Below, piece by piece: positions 13,201-26,829 of a stretch of DNA of 64,000 nt (the first letter of the stretch is position 1; each line of letters starts with the position of its first letter). Where the stretch lies: the NCBI GenBank assembly GCA_013239625.1, contig MU056816.1, forward strand, positions 2,362,773-2,426,772, given 5' to 3'. The stretch comes from Lama guanicoe (taxonomy: Eukaryota). The notes under the pieces are model-generated. The model ran no database searches, was not told the origin of the DNA, and saw only the letters and a list, made by a program, of their open reading frames with translations. The position numbers and the translations under genes are program-made.

Positions 13201-15560
13201 CACGCTCTTCAGACTTGGTGCCTTCAGTCTTCTCCCTCAATGCAAAAACTCAGCATCTCCCTCTCTGAGGGCATCATCCCCTCAGCTGCTAAGGGCAACC
13301 CCTTCCTCCCCTGCTGGGGCCCTGCAGTGCCCCCCTGTCCCCCAAACCCCGACACCATGGCAGCAGCTCCAGCTGGACACACTAGCAGCCTTGCTAAGTC
13401 CACAGGATACAGTGCAGGCCTTCAAAAGGTAACCTCTGGGTAGCATTTACCACGGCCACCTGTGCCCCCTCTGCTGACATGCTTTCCTTGACTTCTGGGA
13501 CAGCGATTTTTCCTAATCTTTCTCTCCTTCCAACCTCTGCCTTTTGGTAATCCTCCTCCACTTGTTCCCTTCCTGTTCCTGCCCCGTAAGTGTCAACTTT
13601 CCCCTTAGTTCTGGACTAATCTCCTTTTCTGGACCCCCCCTCTCAGCAACAGCACTGGGGGACCCTCCACCTTTCCCATCCCTGGCCCCACACTTCCCCC
13701 CAAGTTTTGGCTTTTTGGCCAGCCATTCCATCTGGAGGTCCCAGAAGAGCCTCAGAACCTCAGGGAGATACCTTTTGAATCAAAGCATATTCAAGTTTGA
13801 ATTTTACTTTGGAAAAGAAGCCATCGAGTGTTTTCACGACACCAACTCTACTGTGCGGAGCCCAGCAAAACCCTGGCAGGTAGGCTGCAAAGTGAGCAGT
13901 CTGTCCTTTCAGAGCATTCACGGTACCCAATCATGAGGGTGGGAGCTCCCACACTACCCAAAAGGTGCATCAGAATGCGTTGTGGGGCACCAGCCTTGTG
14001 TGTTCACCAAAAGGAAACATGGGTTTAAGAAATTGAGAAGCCACCCTGGAGAGAAGGACCATGCTGGTCAGGGAGCCAGTAGGACCAAAGATCTGGCCAT
14101 GCCTAGGGCTTGTAAAGCTCAGCCATCCCACTGAGCAATCTTTCTGATGGTGGAATTTTAGGACATGCTTCAGGGAGAAATAGAAGACCTAAAAGCAAGG
14201 GAGCACGCACTTGTGAGACCCAGGGAGGGCAACTGGGCCAGAGCTGTGACCTCCCACTGAGGGACACAGCCAGTGCCCACTTTCCCCAGCTTCATTCACT
14301 CCTGATCGTGGCCAGGGCCTGGACCCCACTGGGAGATGTCGTTTCAGGTCAACCTCCTGTGCCCAGAGCTGGGGAGAGGGGCCTCAGAGCGGGTAGGAGC
14401 GTGGCTCTGGAGAAGAAAGTGAGGGAGCAGCAGAAACAGGGTACTGCATCACCTCCACTGAGTCAGCAAACGAAGACAGAGGACCGTCCCCTAACACTGA
14501 CATAGAGACCCAGGAAGTAAAGCTGGGAGGACCCGGTGACATTCCCTGAGCCTTTGTAGCCTCCCCTTATCCATCCTGCTTTTGTCTTATTACCAATCAA
14601 ACTCCTCACTAGAGAGAATCTGTGGGCTTGGGCCAATGTAGGGAAAGCTCAGGCCAGATTGGGACAGGATCAACTAGACCGCCATCCTCCCTCCTCTATG
14701 TTGCCCAAGTGAGAAAGCTAGGAGAGACAGGTGAGAAAAGATGAAATATGTGGATCCCTGGGGGTTGGGTTTGAGGAGGAAGAAATCTGAGACAGAAAGA
14801 TGTGTCAGACTTTTATGGATAAAGAGGAATGGATCACCAAAAGCCCAATTCAAAAGCAGAACTGAGCAGGTATGTTTCTGAGAACTGTTACCAGTAGGGT
14901 GGTCTGAGGAGCCGTGCTGGGACCTGTCTTACAGCATGGGGAAAATGGGGCACAAAAAGAGTAATTCAATTCGCAGCTGCAGGAGACGGAAGGACTGCAG
15001 AACTACAGCTCAGGGAGTAGGGAAGCGAGTGGTAGACTTGAACTTCGAAGTGGATGGATGTACCCTATGTGCATCGGGGAGGCATGGCCTCCAGTGTGGC
15101 CTTAGGATAAAGACAAGGATCTGGGCCCCCCTGAGCATAGGAGGCCAGTGAAACGGTGGAATCACCAGCAGAAAGCAAACTGGAACCTCATCTGAGCCTG
15201 AAACAGCAAGCAGCCGCTGCACCTGAGACTTAAAGTTCTGGTCACTCTCCCTCAAGTGACGTGTTATGAGGTTTTTTCTAGTCCAGGGAAGGGTGCCAGG
15301 AAGCTCAAGTGTTCTAGAAAGAAGTGGGCTGAGCTGTGCTGTGTGTAGTGTCTTCCAGTCTCTAAGGAGGTGTCAGCAAGGATCATGAATCAGTTCCTAA
15401 AATGCAACGATATCAGGACAAGGACACCCCTTGGTGCTGGAAGGACCCATTTAGCAAAGCAGGTAGTTTTTCTCAGGAGAGGTTTTTAAACTGAAAATAA
15501 ATTTAACATAGGGTTTAGATACATTGAGGACATGAGAGGGTCCCATCAAAGTTATGGGGG
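10250..15560 (+). mobile_element. Ancient, heavily decayed CR1/L3-class LINE (CR1_Mam-like), spanning a tentative ORF1 remnant, ORF2 and the 3' end, interrupted by later insertions
   Basis: Colinear degenerate motifs from hand translation: LNAW (10315) and GINL (10414) as possible ORF1 esterase remnants; NCVYIHVTS/RNKMDDLECLVQ (10576-10640); FLVKINDCLF (11021); QVLHFSQRNYDEM..PWRIF..PPW (11197-11412); FGQIRKRHP (~11950); KHGFKK (14015); VTSRVV*GAVLGPVL (14887-14931); LNFEVDGC (~15040); 3' end gggtttagatacatt (15511). Confidence 0.75.
12341..12760 (-). mobile_element. Old L1 (L1ME/MD-type) 3' fragment inserted within the CR1 relic
   Basis: ttttgcctgtttcttgaacttttacataaatg...tttatttatccattataccactgatgggcacttagg is a reverse L1M 3' UTR. 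Confidence 0.8.
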
Positions 15561-17692
15561 GGAGCGCTGAGAGCCCCGGCCCCAGGGCCGCAAGTCGGTC
15601 TTGGGGTGGGATCAGGGCAGGTGTGGCACTTCCATCATTCCAGGCCACTGTGGAGTGTACATGGCACTGCCGCCTATGAGCTCTTCCTGAGTATGGTGAA
15701 CAAAGGGCAGGTGAAGAGGTTTGGTCTGTAAGAAAGCAGACTGGTTTCCAGCAGCCATTGGCCTGATGGTCTCAGCAGAAAGCAGAGCTCATGAGCGCCA
15801 GGCTTGGGAGCAGGGTGGTCCGGCAGAAGCAGTGAGGGAGCCCACCACATGCATCCCTGTCTCCACTTTCTGTTCCAGACCCAAGGCCCCCAGGGGACCC
15901 ACCGGCGCTGGCTGGGGGCCGTACTGTGGCCCATGATGGCACAGCGCAGCGTGTGCGCACAGGGGTGCAGTGAAGAGAGGAGGAGAGGGACCCACAGGAG
16001 GGCAGCTTTCCACCACTGCGCCCCTTCCCCTCAAGGGCCCTCCCTCCAGCAGGTTTACCTACAGGTTGAGATGAACATGTGCCCTTGTCCCACCAATCCC
16101 AGAAGCAGATCTGTTTCCAGCACATTCTTTCTTCCACTCTTCTACCTGGGGCTGGCTTCTAAGCAGTTTCAAGCTTTTTTTGGCCCCTTCTGTTATTCTC
16201 TCCTAGAATTATCTGCTGCAGCTCGCAGGTGGCCACTCGCAGATGGAGGGGCAGAGTTGCCTTCCAAGTGCTGTGTTCCCTTTCCCATCCCACCCCCTCC
16301 AACCCATCTTCATCTGAGGCAACAGCGTCCCTGCCCGGGGGCTCTGGCTCCTGCTCCTCACTTCCTGCCGCCTTCTCTTACCTCCCTGCACATCTCAGCT
16401 GCTGCGTTTGTCTTTCTCCAGAAGTTGCTGAGATGGGAATAGGAGATGGAAGAGTCACCCAGCCACCTGCTGACAGGGCTGATGGGGACCCAGACTTCCC
16501 TGGCATCCCAAGGACTTAGAGGGCAAAAGGAGGAAAAATATCTGTTCATCAGTAGTTCAGCTCCCCCTCCCACCCTCAGATGGCTTCTGCCTCCAACTCT
16601 TCCGGAAAGACCATTCCAGACTCAGAGTGGCCCTCTGCAGGGGAAGCCAATGGCCCCATGTCATCCTGTCCAGAAGTTTTGTCTGGAGTTGAAAAGAGCA
16701 CAACTTGATTGCTAGTGCTGAGAGCATGGGCTGGTCACGAGTGCCTTGAGGGGACCTCCAGGCCCACTGCCCAAGAGGGAGAATGGAGACCAGGATGCTC
16801 AAGTCAAATGACAAGATCAGTCATGTAGGGAATGGGACAGAGTGATGACAGGGATCCTAGAAAGTAGGGCTCAATCTGGAAGGCGGCCGGGGTGTTCAAG
16901 TAGAATGAAAGGCTTTCTCCCTGAGATTTCCCAGGAAGGAACGCAGGTCATCGCCATCCACCTCTCTGCAGGCCCTTTCTGCACCCCTGTCCCCATCACT
17001 GCCCCCAGACCTCTTCCTCGGGGCTTCCAGGTGGCCTAAAGGATGGAAAGAAGCCATCAGAGGCTTTTGCTGGCTAATGGGAACCCCCCCAAGGCATGGC
17101 AGAACCAGATGCGCCTGGGGGTTACCCTCTCTTTTGTGGGGTCCCATTTCCCTCTGTGTGTGAGTATCTTCCAGCCCTGCCTCCTCTGGGAGATTCACCC
17201 CCTTCTCTCAAGAATATCTTTATCATCCCTCCCATTTCTCTTCACTTCCTCACAATGGCCAAGAGCCAGAATTCAGAGCTGAAGTCACAGGGAAGTGTCA
17301 CAGTCCTAGGCAGGGAGCTTCGCAGGATCTCAGGAAAGACTGGCATTTCCCCCTTATCCCCCCGAGGGCGAAGGTAAGGGGCTGGCAGGGTTGCAAGGAG
17401 GAAACCACAAAACACATAAGCCTCCTCCTTCCTCTCACCCGAAGCCTGTCTCTCTTGGATGGCGCTCTGCTTTCAGCTCTTCTAAAAGAGCAAGGCTACG
17501 CTTCCTTCCTGTCCATCCCCAGCCCGTCAGCACCCTCCCGTCTTCTTGCCCCACCCTCCTGACCATTCGAAGTCCTTCCTTCGGGATGTTTCCTCTTCCT
17601 CCAGGAGACGCACCCCGATGTGACCCGACCCCCTTCTTCTCATCTTCATCTACAGCAGTCCCCGGCACTCCCGCTGTCACCTCCCCCTGAGG

Positions 17693-17750
17693 CTCAGAAG
17701 GGCGCCTGGCACATAGTAGGTGCTCAATAAATATTTGTTGAATGAATGAA
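17693..17750 (+). mobile_element. L2 3' terminus
   Basis: gcctggcacatagtaggtgctcaataaatatttgttgaatgaatgaat, near-consensus L2 end. Confidence 0.9.
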
Positions 17751-18759
17751 TCGAAACTCTGGCCTCAGACTCACAGGTTTTCTCTTTGCCCCAGTACTGC
17801 CCCCACCTAGACAATTTTAACCCCTCCTGAGGAACTTTGTCCCCACTCTTCACTTCTGCCTCCAGCCCAGACATCACCTAAGAAGCCCCATCGTGGCTCT
17901 CCACAATTCTCTTCTCTCAAAATACTTCTGTGGATTTCATCTCAACCGGCAGGTCCCCAATGCCATATCATGTTGTTTCTTTACCTCACCATCAACGTGT
18001 TAAAAACCCTCGATTCCCCTCCCTTTGCACTGGGCCCGCCTTGCTGGGCCTCAGCCCTGGAATCGTGTGAACTTTCATTTTTTCTAGCCTTGCACTTGAG
18101 CTCTTCTGAAAGAAAAACGCAGAGCTGCCTGGCTGTTCTATCACAGAGACAGGATTAACCTCTTTGTCACCAGCTAGCCGTCAGGTCACTAACCCTTTTT
18201 TGCCATTCCCAGAGTTTACTTTTGCCCTCCATTGTCCACTGCTCCCAGCTGGCTCACTTTCCCCGACACATCCACTCATAGTTCATTGATAAGAATTGGG
18301 ACCATCAACCCTGAACTCCCTCCCTGGCCCTCCCACCTCGTGTTATCTGCCAGACCCCCATCCCAACATGCTCCTCACCCTTTTTAGGATAATTCCTCCC
18401 CTTGGGCTTTGGGTTAAGCTCTTCTGAATGCCCCAGGCTGGCCCTCCAGCCAAGTATCCCTGTCCCCAGTCAGTATCCTGTAAAATTACTTCTGATCTGA
18501 CCTCCCTCTCCACAGCCTACCAATGTGCCAGCACCTCCCATTAGAGAAAAACCTTCCCTCCACTATGCTTCATCCTTAAGCTAGCATCCTCTTTCAGAAA
18601 TGCCGTTCACCAGAAAACTCCTGGAAAGATCTTGGCAGTCTGTAGCGGGCTTGCCCCTCCTGCCTGCCCACTCTGCCGGGCATCCGGCCACTGCTCCCCC
18701 GAGTCTAATAAATCTGAGCTCCCAGAGGGCAAGATTCCCTCTTCAGCCCACATCCTACA

Positions 18760-19320
18760 ACCTTTCCTTTTCCTTTTTATCACAGAATACATATATATTC
18801 AAATCATACCACAGAGAAAGTCAGATTGTGACCCCTCTCTTAGCCGACCGTGAATCCCATTCTCCAGAGGAAATGTACATATCCTTCCAGATTTTTATCT
18901 ATGGACACACACCTCTGGTTTTATGCACACAAATAGAATTTTGTTTTAAAAACATAAACAGGATCCCAGTGCACAGATTGTTCTGCAGTTTGCTTTATTT
19001 CAATTAATGGATCAACATAGTTGCCCCTCCGAGCACGTGTCCCCACCACTCTTGCTGAGGCTGCATTGTATCCTGTCATATGGATGCACCGTGGCTGCTA
19101 CTACTACAGTTAATGGCTACTCGGGGAGGTTTCCATTTTTAACATTTATTGCAACGCAGCCACAACTATCCCTGCGGGTAGAGCCTCACAAAGTTATTCA
19201 GGTATTTCTGGTGGAGAGAGTCCCCAAAGTGGAACCGATTTTTTATGTCTCAAGTGGCCCTCCAAAGAGACCGTCCCAGCTTCCCTGCCCACCCACAGCC
19301 CACGAGGGTGTTTCTGCCCC
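18760..19320 (-). mobile_element. Old L1 (L1ME-type) 3' fragment
   Basis: catatccttccagatttttatctatg...ttgttctgcagtttgcttt...ggctgcattgtatcc...atggatgcacc resembles a reverse L1ME 3' UTR. Confidence 0.7.
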
Positions 19321-19700
19321 TGCCTGGGTGGGCACCTGAGGAAGGTGCCTCCCAATGTCTACAGCGATGACCTTGCCGACTTCTGCCTTCAAACCCTGCC
19401 ACTGGCTTACTTCCTATCTGGTCTTCTCAAACCCCCTCCACATCTCAACACGGGCCCATCTTCCCCTGCGGATCTCTTGCAGGTTGTTTCCTAAGTTTCT
19501 CCGTTTGCTTTTCAAGTGGCTTCCTGTATCATCTTTATGCTAATAGGCCTCAGACGGGTCTTTAAAGCTCTCCCTGCAGCTCCAGACCCCCTCTTTTGCA
19601 TGTGCCTCCTGGAGCCAGGCAGCCAAGCCATTCAAGTGAACTACCCAATGAATGAGGGTTGCACAGGTGAGTGTGAGGAAAAGGAGAACTCATGTCACCC

Positions 19701-20185
19701 TTTTCATTCATGCATTCTACAAATATTTATTGAGTACCTATTAAGTGCTGGGGCATTGCAAGAGAGGCTGGGGAAAATGGTGAGCCGAACCAGGCAAGAT
19801 CAGTCTTAGAGGGGAGAGAGACATTAATCAAATAATCACACAAATAAATGGATGATTTTGAAGTGTGCTCAATGCCACAAGGGAGTGACTCAGGGACATG
19901 TCCCTGATGGCCGCCAGGTCTAAGGGGCCTGGGAAGATGCTCCCCAGGGAATGACATCAGAACTGAGACCTGAATGATGGGCGGGCTCTGAGCAGATGAA
20001 GCAGGTCTGCGAAGAGCTCTCCACACTGGAACAGCAGGCCTGGCCAGAGGGGAGTAAGGCACATTCAGGGACCTCAAGAAGAGAGGACAGAGTTTTGATA
20101 TTTAGCCAAGGATTCAGGAAGCCTTGGGGTGGAGAGGCAGGCAGTGGGCTAAATCAGATGTTTATTTTGAGAGATTCCTGCTCTT
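19701..20185 (-). mobile_element. L2 LINE 3' fragment
   Basis: cattcatgcattctacaaatatttattgagtacct...agacattaatcaaataatcacacaaataaatg...actgagacctgaatgatg. Confidence 0.85.
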
Positions 20186-23100
20186 GACCTTGCTTGCATT
20201 TCTAGCCCCAGGAAATAACAAAAAAATGCTTGTTCCCTGTCTCAGACCACAGGACCTCGGATTTAGGATACACCAATGGGGGAGAAGCAGGAAGCGGATG
20301 CCTTTGCCCTGCCTTTCAAGGATTATCCTGGTTCCACCCCTATACTCTGCCTTTGCAGATGCAACCAGTTCCCTTGGCTGGACTCTCAAAAGCTTCCTAC
20401 AAGTCACTAGGGAGAGAAAGTTAGCATCTGGGCCACAGCAAGGGTGGGCAGGGTGCGTTGGCTTTTGACCAATCTACTCTTCTGTTCTGCCAAGCCCACT
20501 TCTGGCTCCCAGAGCATGCTCTTCCCGCCTCTGGGGATCTGGACCAGACACAGATTTCTCATTCGGTGCATGGGGACAGTTTCTGCTTTTTCATTCACTG
20601 ACATTTTGTGCCCTTTGGAATCTGGGAACCTCTCAGTAGAGGCTAAGACATGGTGATCCCTGTGGAGAAAGGAAAGCCACTTAACTAGGCCATTGGCCAC
20701 TGGCCCCATCATCTATCTAATTTAAATCTCTCCAAATGGTGGCTGACAACTGGCTACTCAGAGGCTTCCATGGACACCATCCTAAACAACAGAACAGGTG
20801 GCATAGGGTCTGGAACCCCACTCCATCCACCCCTTGAACTTTTACCCAAGAATCCCCAATTATCTGCCCAGACAGGCCACAGTGACCTCCAGCCAAGGGA
20901 CTCCCTTGGAAGGATGCCCTACCTCTGTCCTAGAGGGATTGGCCCTTGTCCCCCACCTCCACTGAAGTTTGAAATATATTAGGTGGCCCTTCTCCTTTTC
21001 ACAGCACCTGTATTTGATGTCTCAACCTCCCTCCACTAACACAAGAAATGCCATGGCCCAGCCTCCTTCCCTGGCCCTCCCACACCCTTGTCTGCAGCCT
21101 GAAACCCACAGTGTGAGGACTGAAAAGTTCTCCAAGAAATAGGCCACCCCCCGTTCCACAGCAGCTCTACAAATATTAGCCAGCCCACTGTGACATCAGT
21201 TGCATTCACCCTCGTGCTGTCCACACTGACTACCAACCACTAAGCCTTGCCTGACGAGTCTAAGGCACCTGCCCAAGGCTCAGTCTCTAACTTTGACCTC
21301 GTAGTAAAGAGGGGAATCTCGGGAGGGAAGCACCTATCTAGGAGACCCACCCTCCTCTCTGGACTTTGGTTCTGAAAGGATGGAATGAGAGCCCAGCAGA
21401 CCTTTCCCTCCTCCAGAGAACTCCATGCAGTTCCATTCCATTTCAAAGACCTCTGATGAGAAGGAAAGTGCTTTTTGCAGTAACAGGCTGAGAGATATGG
21501 AAACAAAGGATGGAGACAAACCCTTTGGGAGATCCAAGGTTTCAGGAATTAAACGCTCAGTTAACTCATGGAGCAATAGATGTGTGGGTGATTTCTGGAC
21601 TCCTTTCACCTGGACAGCCACGTGCCCCCCCACCAGAGTTCCTCCACCTGCTAGCTGGGCCCCCAGCCAGGTGTTGCTGCTTCCCGGCCCAGGCTACGTG
21701 CTAGCTTAGGGTCCATATGGGGGCTGAAGTGCTAGCAGAGACAGCACCTGGTGACCTCAGTTCACAAACAGAATCTCGGGAATGCTCTTCGACGTAAAAG
21801 AAGATGCAGCCCCAGGAGGGTGCAGGCCCCAGCTGGCCTCTGTCCATATCTTTATTCCATTTTCAAGAAACTCTTCCAATATTTGGAGAGTAGACCTCAG
21901 AGGGTGAAAAGTACTTTTCCTGTGTATCTTCTCAATTCCCAGCTGGTCTCAGGGAGCTGCAAACTATTCATTCAGAGAAGATAGGATGAACTCTCCCTGG
22001 CCCCTGACCAGGCCTGGTTAGGGCAGCGCCCCCCTACTCCATGGACACAGGAACTAGGCTGCCCCACCCAGAGAAGCCAGCCACCCACTCTGTCCAGGAA
22101 CGTAAATATGAGACCCCTCGTTGGCCCCCCCTGAAGCCCTGCTCCTTCCAAAGTTGAAAGCAATGATCATCTGCTAAAGAAGCCGAAACTCCAAAGGAAA
22201 CTGCTGAGAAAAGGAGGCAAGGAGCTTGGAACCCCCAGAAAACCAAGTAGGGAGAGGGTATCTGCCGTGGGTTGGTCCAAGATCTTCCTGACTTGGAAGG
22301 ATCTCTGACCCCTGACTTCTGCCCATTATCAGAGGTGCCCAGATCAGGAGGACTTGAACATCACCTTCAAGGCTGCATTCAGGACATGACGTTTTCCCAG
22401 TCTCCAGGGAATGCTTGAGCAAACAGTCGTCTGCCCACTGGCAGGGGCAGGTGTGTGTGATGCAGTGGGTGTGGAGGGTGCTGCCTCCCACTGCTTAGAG
22501 TTCTAGGAATCCACAGACACCCCTATCGTGGCAGTGGGCTGTGGCCAGCTGCGCTCGAGCCGCTGTCTCCAGGGGCGTTTCTGTGCTGGGGGTGGGAGGC
22601 AGCTGTCACGCTGCCTGCGCGCTGGGGACAGGGGTAGGACGATGTGTGCAGCCTATGACTCAGGGACAGAAGGAGGGAGGCAGCCCTGTCACAGCGCTTT
22701 CTCCTCTACATCTGGGTATGGGTTTTAGCATGCATTTCTTGGCAAAAAGGCATCTCAGGGCACTGTTTAAGCTGCCATCCCCTCCTCCTAAGCCTTCTAA
22801 TTAATATCTACTATGTGAATTATTTATTGAGAACAGATGTTAGAGTTTAAAGAGTATTGCGTGGAGATCCTTTGCTAATCAATTTATTTTAACAGGTTTA
22901 TGTAGTTACTGTAAACCAAAGTGGAGATTTCTCTGCTGCTGGAAACTGGTGTTTCTACCGGCTTGTGCTGTGTGTCTAGCTTGCCCCAAGGCTGCTGACT
23001 GATCTTTCACTTCCCCCTGCCCTGGCCACGGTTTCTCCTCCAAGTGGGAGTCTAATTTGTTCTGAAGAAAAGCTTGTTATCTGTCCTTCCCTCTCCAACC

Positions 23101-26100
23101 AGAAAAGATAAACATCAGTCCTTGGGTTGGACTACGGGGTCGCTCAGTGAGAACTGGGTGTGGGCACGCCAGGCTCCCAGGCAAGTTTTCCCAGGCCATG
23201 CCATTTAAACATCCCTGGGATCAAGAAGTAGCCTGAAATTCTACATGAACAGGAGCTACAGGGCTAAATGACCCCACCTGTGTCTCCCCCCAAGGCTCTT
23301 GTCACTGGAAAGTTGTGGAACACTTGCCACCCCAGCCCTAAATCCGCAAAAAACTCTGGGCAGGCCTGCTAAGCACTGGGGTTAGAGTGTGGGCGATAAA
23401 GGATCCAAACAGGCAAAGGTCTTGCTCCCCAGAAGAATTTATAGCCCAGGAGGTGGCCAAGTCTGCATGTCACGTGTCAAGTCTGCATTTCTGCTCAATC
23501 AGGGTGAAGGAGGGGAAAGAGCGTTCTCCCCCAGCGACCTCCTCTTTCCTGATCCCGGGACTGGTAGCAGAATAGAAGGCGAAGAGTGTCTGAAGCCCAG
23601 AGGAACTTCCATGTCCATTACAGCTTCATTTCATCCACCAGCAGCTGCCCTCTGGCCTCAGGGGGTCTGCAGCAGCAGACAAAAGGTCTAAAGGGCAAAT
23701 GTAGGGGAAAGGAGCAGGTAAACCATGGCCAGGTGAGCCCCCCTGCCCCATCACTGATCTTTCCATCTCCAATACTAATCCCCCTTAGAGCCATGGTCCA
23801 CAATCCTCTGACGGTTCTGTAATTTAAGGTTCTGTCACCTCAGGGTGAGGGCATCTCCTCCTGCGAGTCCACCTTTACTTGGGAGGCCTAGGGGAGAAGA
23901 GACCCAAGAGAAAGTTTGCTTTGCTTCTGCCCGGAACTCCCCCAGTGGTATCACCGTCTCAGGATCACTTTGTTAGGTGAATTTCTCGCTGTCTTTTATA
24001 TGTGGCCAAAGTTCATCTGTGGGCCCCACTGTGAATATTAGAGACATGTATCCAGGGAAGGAGGAAACCTGTAGTAACTGGAGGTGTAGGTTTGCCAACC
24101 ACAGCGTGGGGCCAAGGAAGGGTCTGTGCAAGGATGGTGGTCTTGGGTGCAGAGGACATTCAAGGACCACACACAAAAAAGTAATCCATTTCAAGTAGCT
24201 GACACCAAGGTTCCATTTGACCTGATGCACAAGTATAAGCCATCACATACTTTGTCTCCCCCGAAAAGGGACCTGTGATCCTGGAGTCTAGGAGAGAAAT
24301 GAGCATCCCTGCTTCTTCCCCAGCAGAACTGCGAGGGGACAGGACTGGGGCTTGGGGCTCTGTCTCTGGCTAAAGTCCAGAAGAAACCATGACTATGACC
24401 CCAGACATGAGTCTCCCTTGGCCTTGTCTAGTATTTGATAATCATCACTCACCACTTGCAGGGGTCCCTGTGAGATAAGCTCCTGCTCCCAGCCCCCAAC
24501 ACAGATCCCTACGGGGACCACTGTCCAGAATTCTCTGATAGTTCTCAAATTTTTTTGGAGGCTGAATCTGCTGTTCTTATCTGCTCTTCTTGTGAGTTCA
24601 TCTTTTGGGGGGCAAAGTGGGGGACCACTGTCCCAGGGGAGGCCTGGATCTGAGCTTTGAGGGGTAAGGCTCATGGAGTCCCCATGTCTCCACAGTGAGC
24701 TATGCAGAGCAGGTGAGGAAGGGAGTTTGCCTCAGAAGAGGGTCTGGAAAGCATTCACATTAACACGACCTTTGTGTGTGGCTCATGATGACACAGTCCT
24801 TGCAGCCCTGATCCCCATTGGAGGCTCTCCTGCTTTGTTGCCTTCAGAGCCCTCCCAGCACACGAGTCCCCAATGTTTCTGGAGCAGCAAGCTATCTTGG
24901 GACCTTTTGAGGATGTTCTTGTGGGGGTTCTGTTTCCTGGGCTTTGGGGACCAAAAGTTCTGCCACACCTTTGTGAAAGTGAAAACAAGACCAAGCAGAG
25001 AACAGCACAGCATCCGAGGGAAGAGGGAGCCTCGCAGGCCAACCATAGCCTGCTGTAGCCTGCCACCCCTGGGGAGGGGGCAACTCCAGAGCACACAGTG
25101 GGGTGGACCCTGAAGCTGGAGGTTCAAGTCACCAGCAAGGACTTGTCCTCCACCTCAAAGACATTTCCCTTTCAACTCTAATCTCTTTGGGCCACACAGG
25201 CAGGCCCAGGGCTTCCTTGGCCCCTTTCTACAGGAAGTTAGCCCAGGCTGATGGGGCAGGCAAGAATATGAAGTCTCCACACATTTTTTTAGGGAGTAGG
25301 AGGAGGTACCTTGGGGACAGGGGAATTTACTGCTATGCCTTGTAGATAACCCAAGTGTCTATCCAGAAATCCTTCACGGTTCAGCGGGAAGGGAACTTCC
25401 TACTGGCTTTTACATTCCTGGAGGGCACATCCAACTTATCTACAAGTGTGAGCAAACGCGGCTGGCTGGGGCTCCATTCTCCAGTAGTTAAAGCTCAAAT
25501 TGATCTACCTCCTCGGATATTTTCCATGATGTCAATCAGTTCCCTGGTGCTTCCCCACCCTGCAGCTGATGTGGATCTTATAAAGGAGCCAATGGTTTGG
25601 GCCTTCAAGATACAGTAAGTTTGTGTTTCACCAATGCCAACCATGTGCCAGTTCAGTGCTGGGGCTGCAGGGGCCCAGAGGTGAATGAAGTCACAAGGGA
25701 GTCTGCGTCAGGTTGGAAAATCAGATGAATATAAGGGGACAGCATCACTTGGGGACTTGGCACATATCCATATATGCCACACAGGCAAAGTCTTGAACCA
25801 CAGCTAACCTGAATCCTGGCCTGATGCCTTGTGATCCTCCCAGAACCAGAGGATGGCAGCCTGCTCTGAGGCCATTGCCCACTCCCCCGTCTCCCGGCCC
25901 CCACCCAGAGAGGCTGTCATGAGGCAGATTCTTATCACCTCTGTGTTCTAGCTGGAGGAGAGAATCTTGGGATGGAAAGAGCTCCTTTCCAGATGCTCAT
26001 GATGCAAAACCTAAGGTGGGATGGATTCAAGACCTAGATGCCCAGAACATTTTGGAATTCAGAGTTAGGCTCAGAAACTTTCCTGTACTCTTGATTAATC

Positions 26101-26829
26101 TGTGAAAGAAAGATATTTCTCTGAGGCTCTTAATAGGGAGCCTGTTAAGTCCCCAAACTTCCCATCTTCTTCCATTCCCACTTCACTGACAGATTCCATG
26201 GTCAGGAAACGTCTCCCAGAGACAGCTGAGGACTCTTGGCAAAAAGCCAACAAGATGGCTGGTGCTGGGTGACCTGGAGCGCTGCCTCCTCCTCTTGCCT
26301 TCAAGCCCTCTGCATCCTTTTACACCATGACACCCCACCGGGTCCTTATTTAATAACCCTGGAGTTTACCAGTTGTTAGCTAATTGAAGTCCATTACTTT
26401 TCTACCTTTCCCACCCCCAGGGCCTATCTGCTGTTGCTGCTGATTTCTGCTGCATAAGAGCACGCTCCAGCCCATTTCCTGTACCACACGTTCCTTTCTG
26501 CTTCTCCCACAGACCCCCCATGCCAGCATTTCTTTAAGATGCCCACAGTTGCCCCTGAAAAGGCAGTCCTAGCAAGCTCACTTCAAGGCAACCAAGTGGA
26601 AGGCTGGGCTATACAGACTTGGAAGTGCAACTTTAAGAGAGAAAGTTGCCAGATCCCCACCCCAAAGCTCCCCCACAATCTTATGACCCATAGAGGGAGA
26701 AGGGGAGGTGGGCACAGTTGCTTGCTTTCCATTTGGGGCCCAAATCCTGCATCCCTGGGGTAAGCAGCCTCCACCCTAACATACTCCATCCAACTTGATG
26801 CCCCTGAGATGCCTCGCCTACACTCAAAA

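Noticed and set aside
15804-16442. 212-aa ORF
   Set aside because: Composition is typical of translated GC-rich non-coding DNA, and I recognise no homology.
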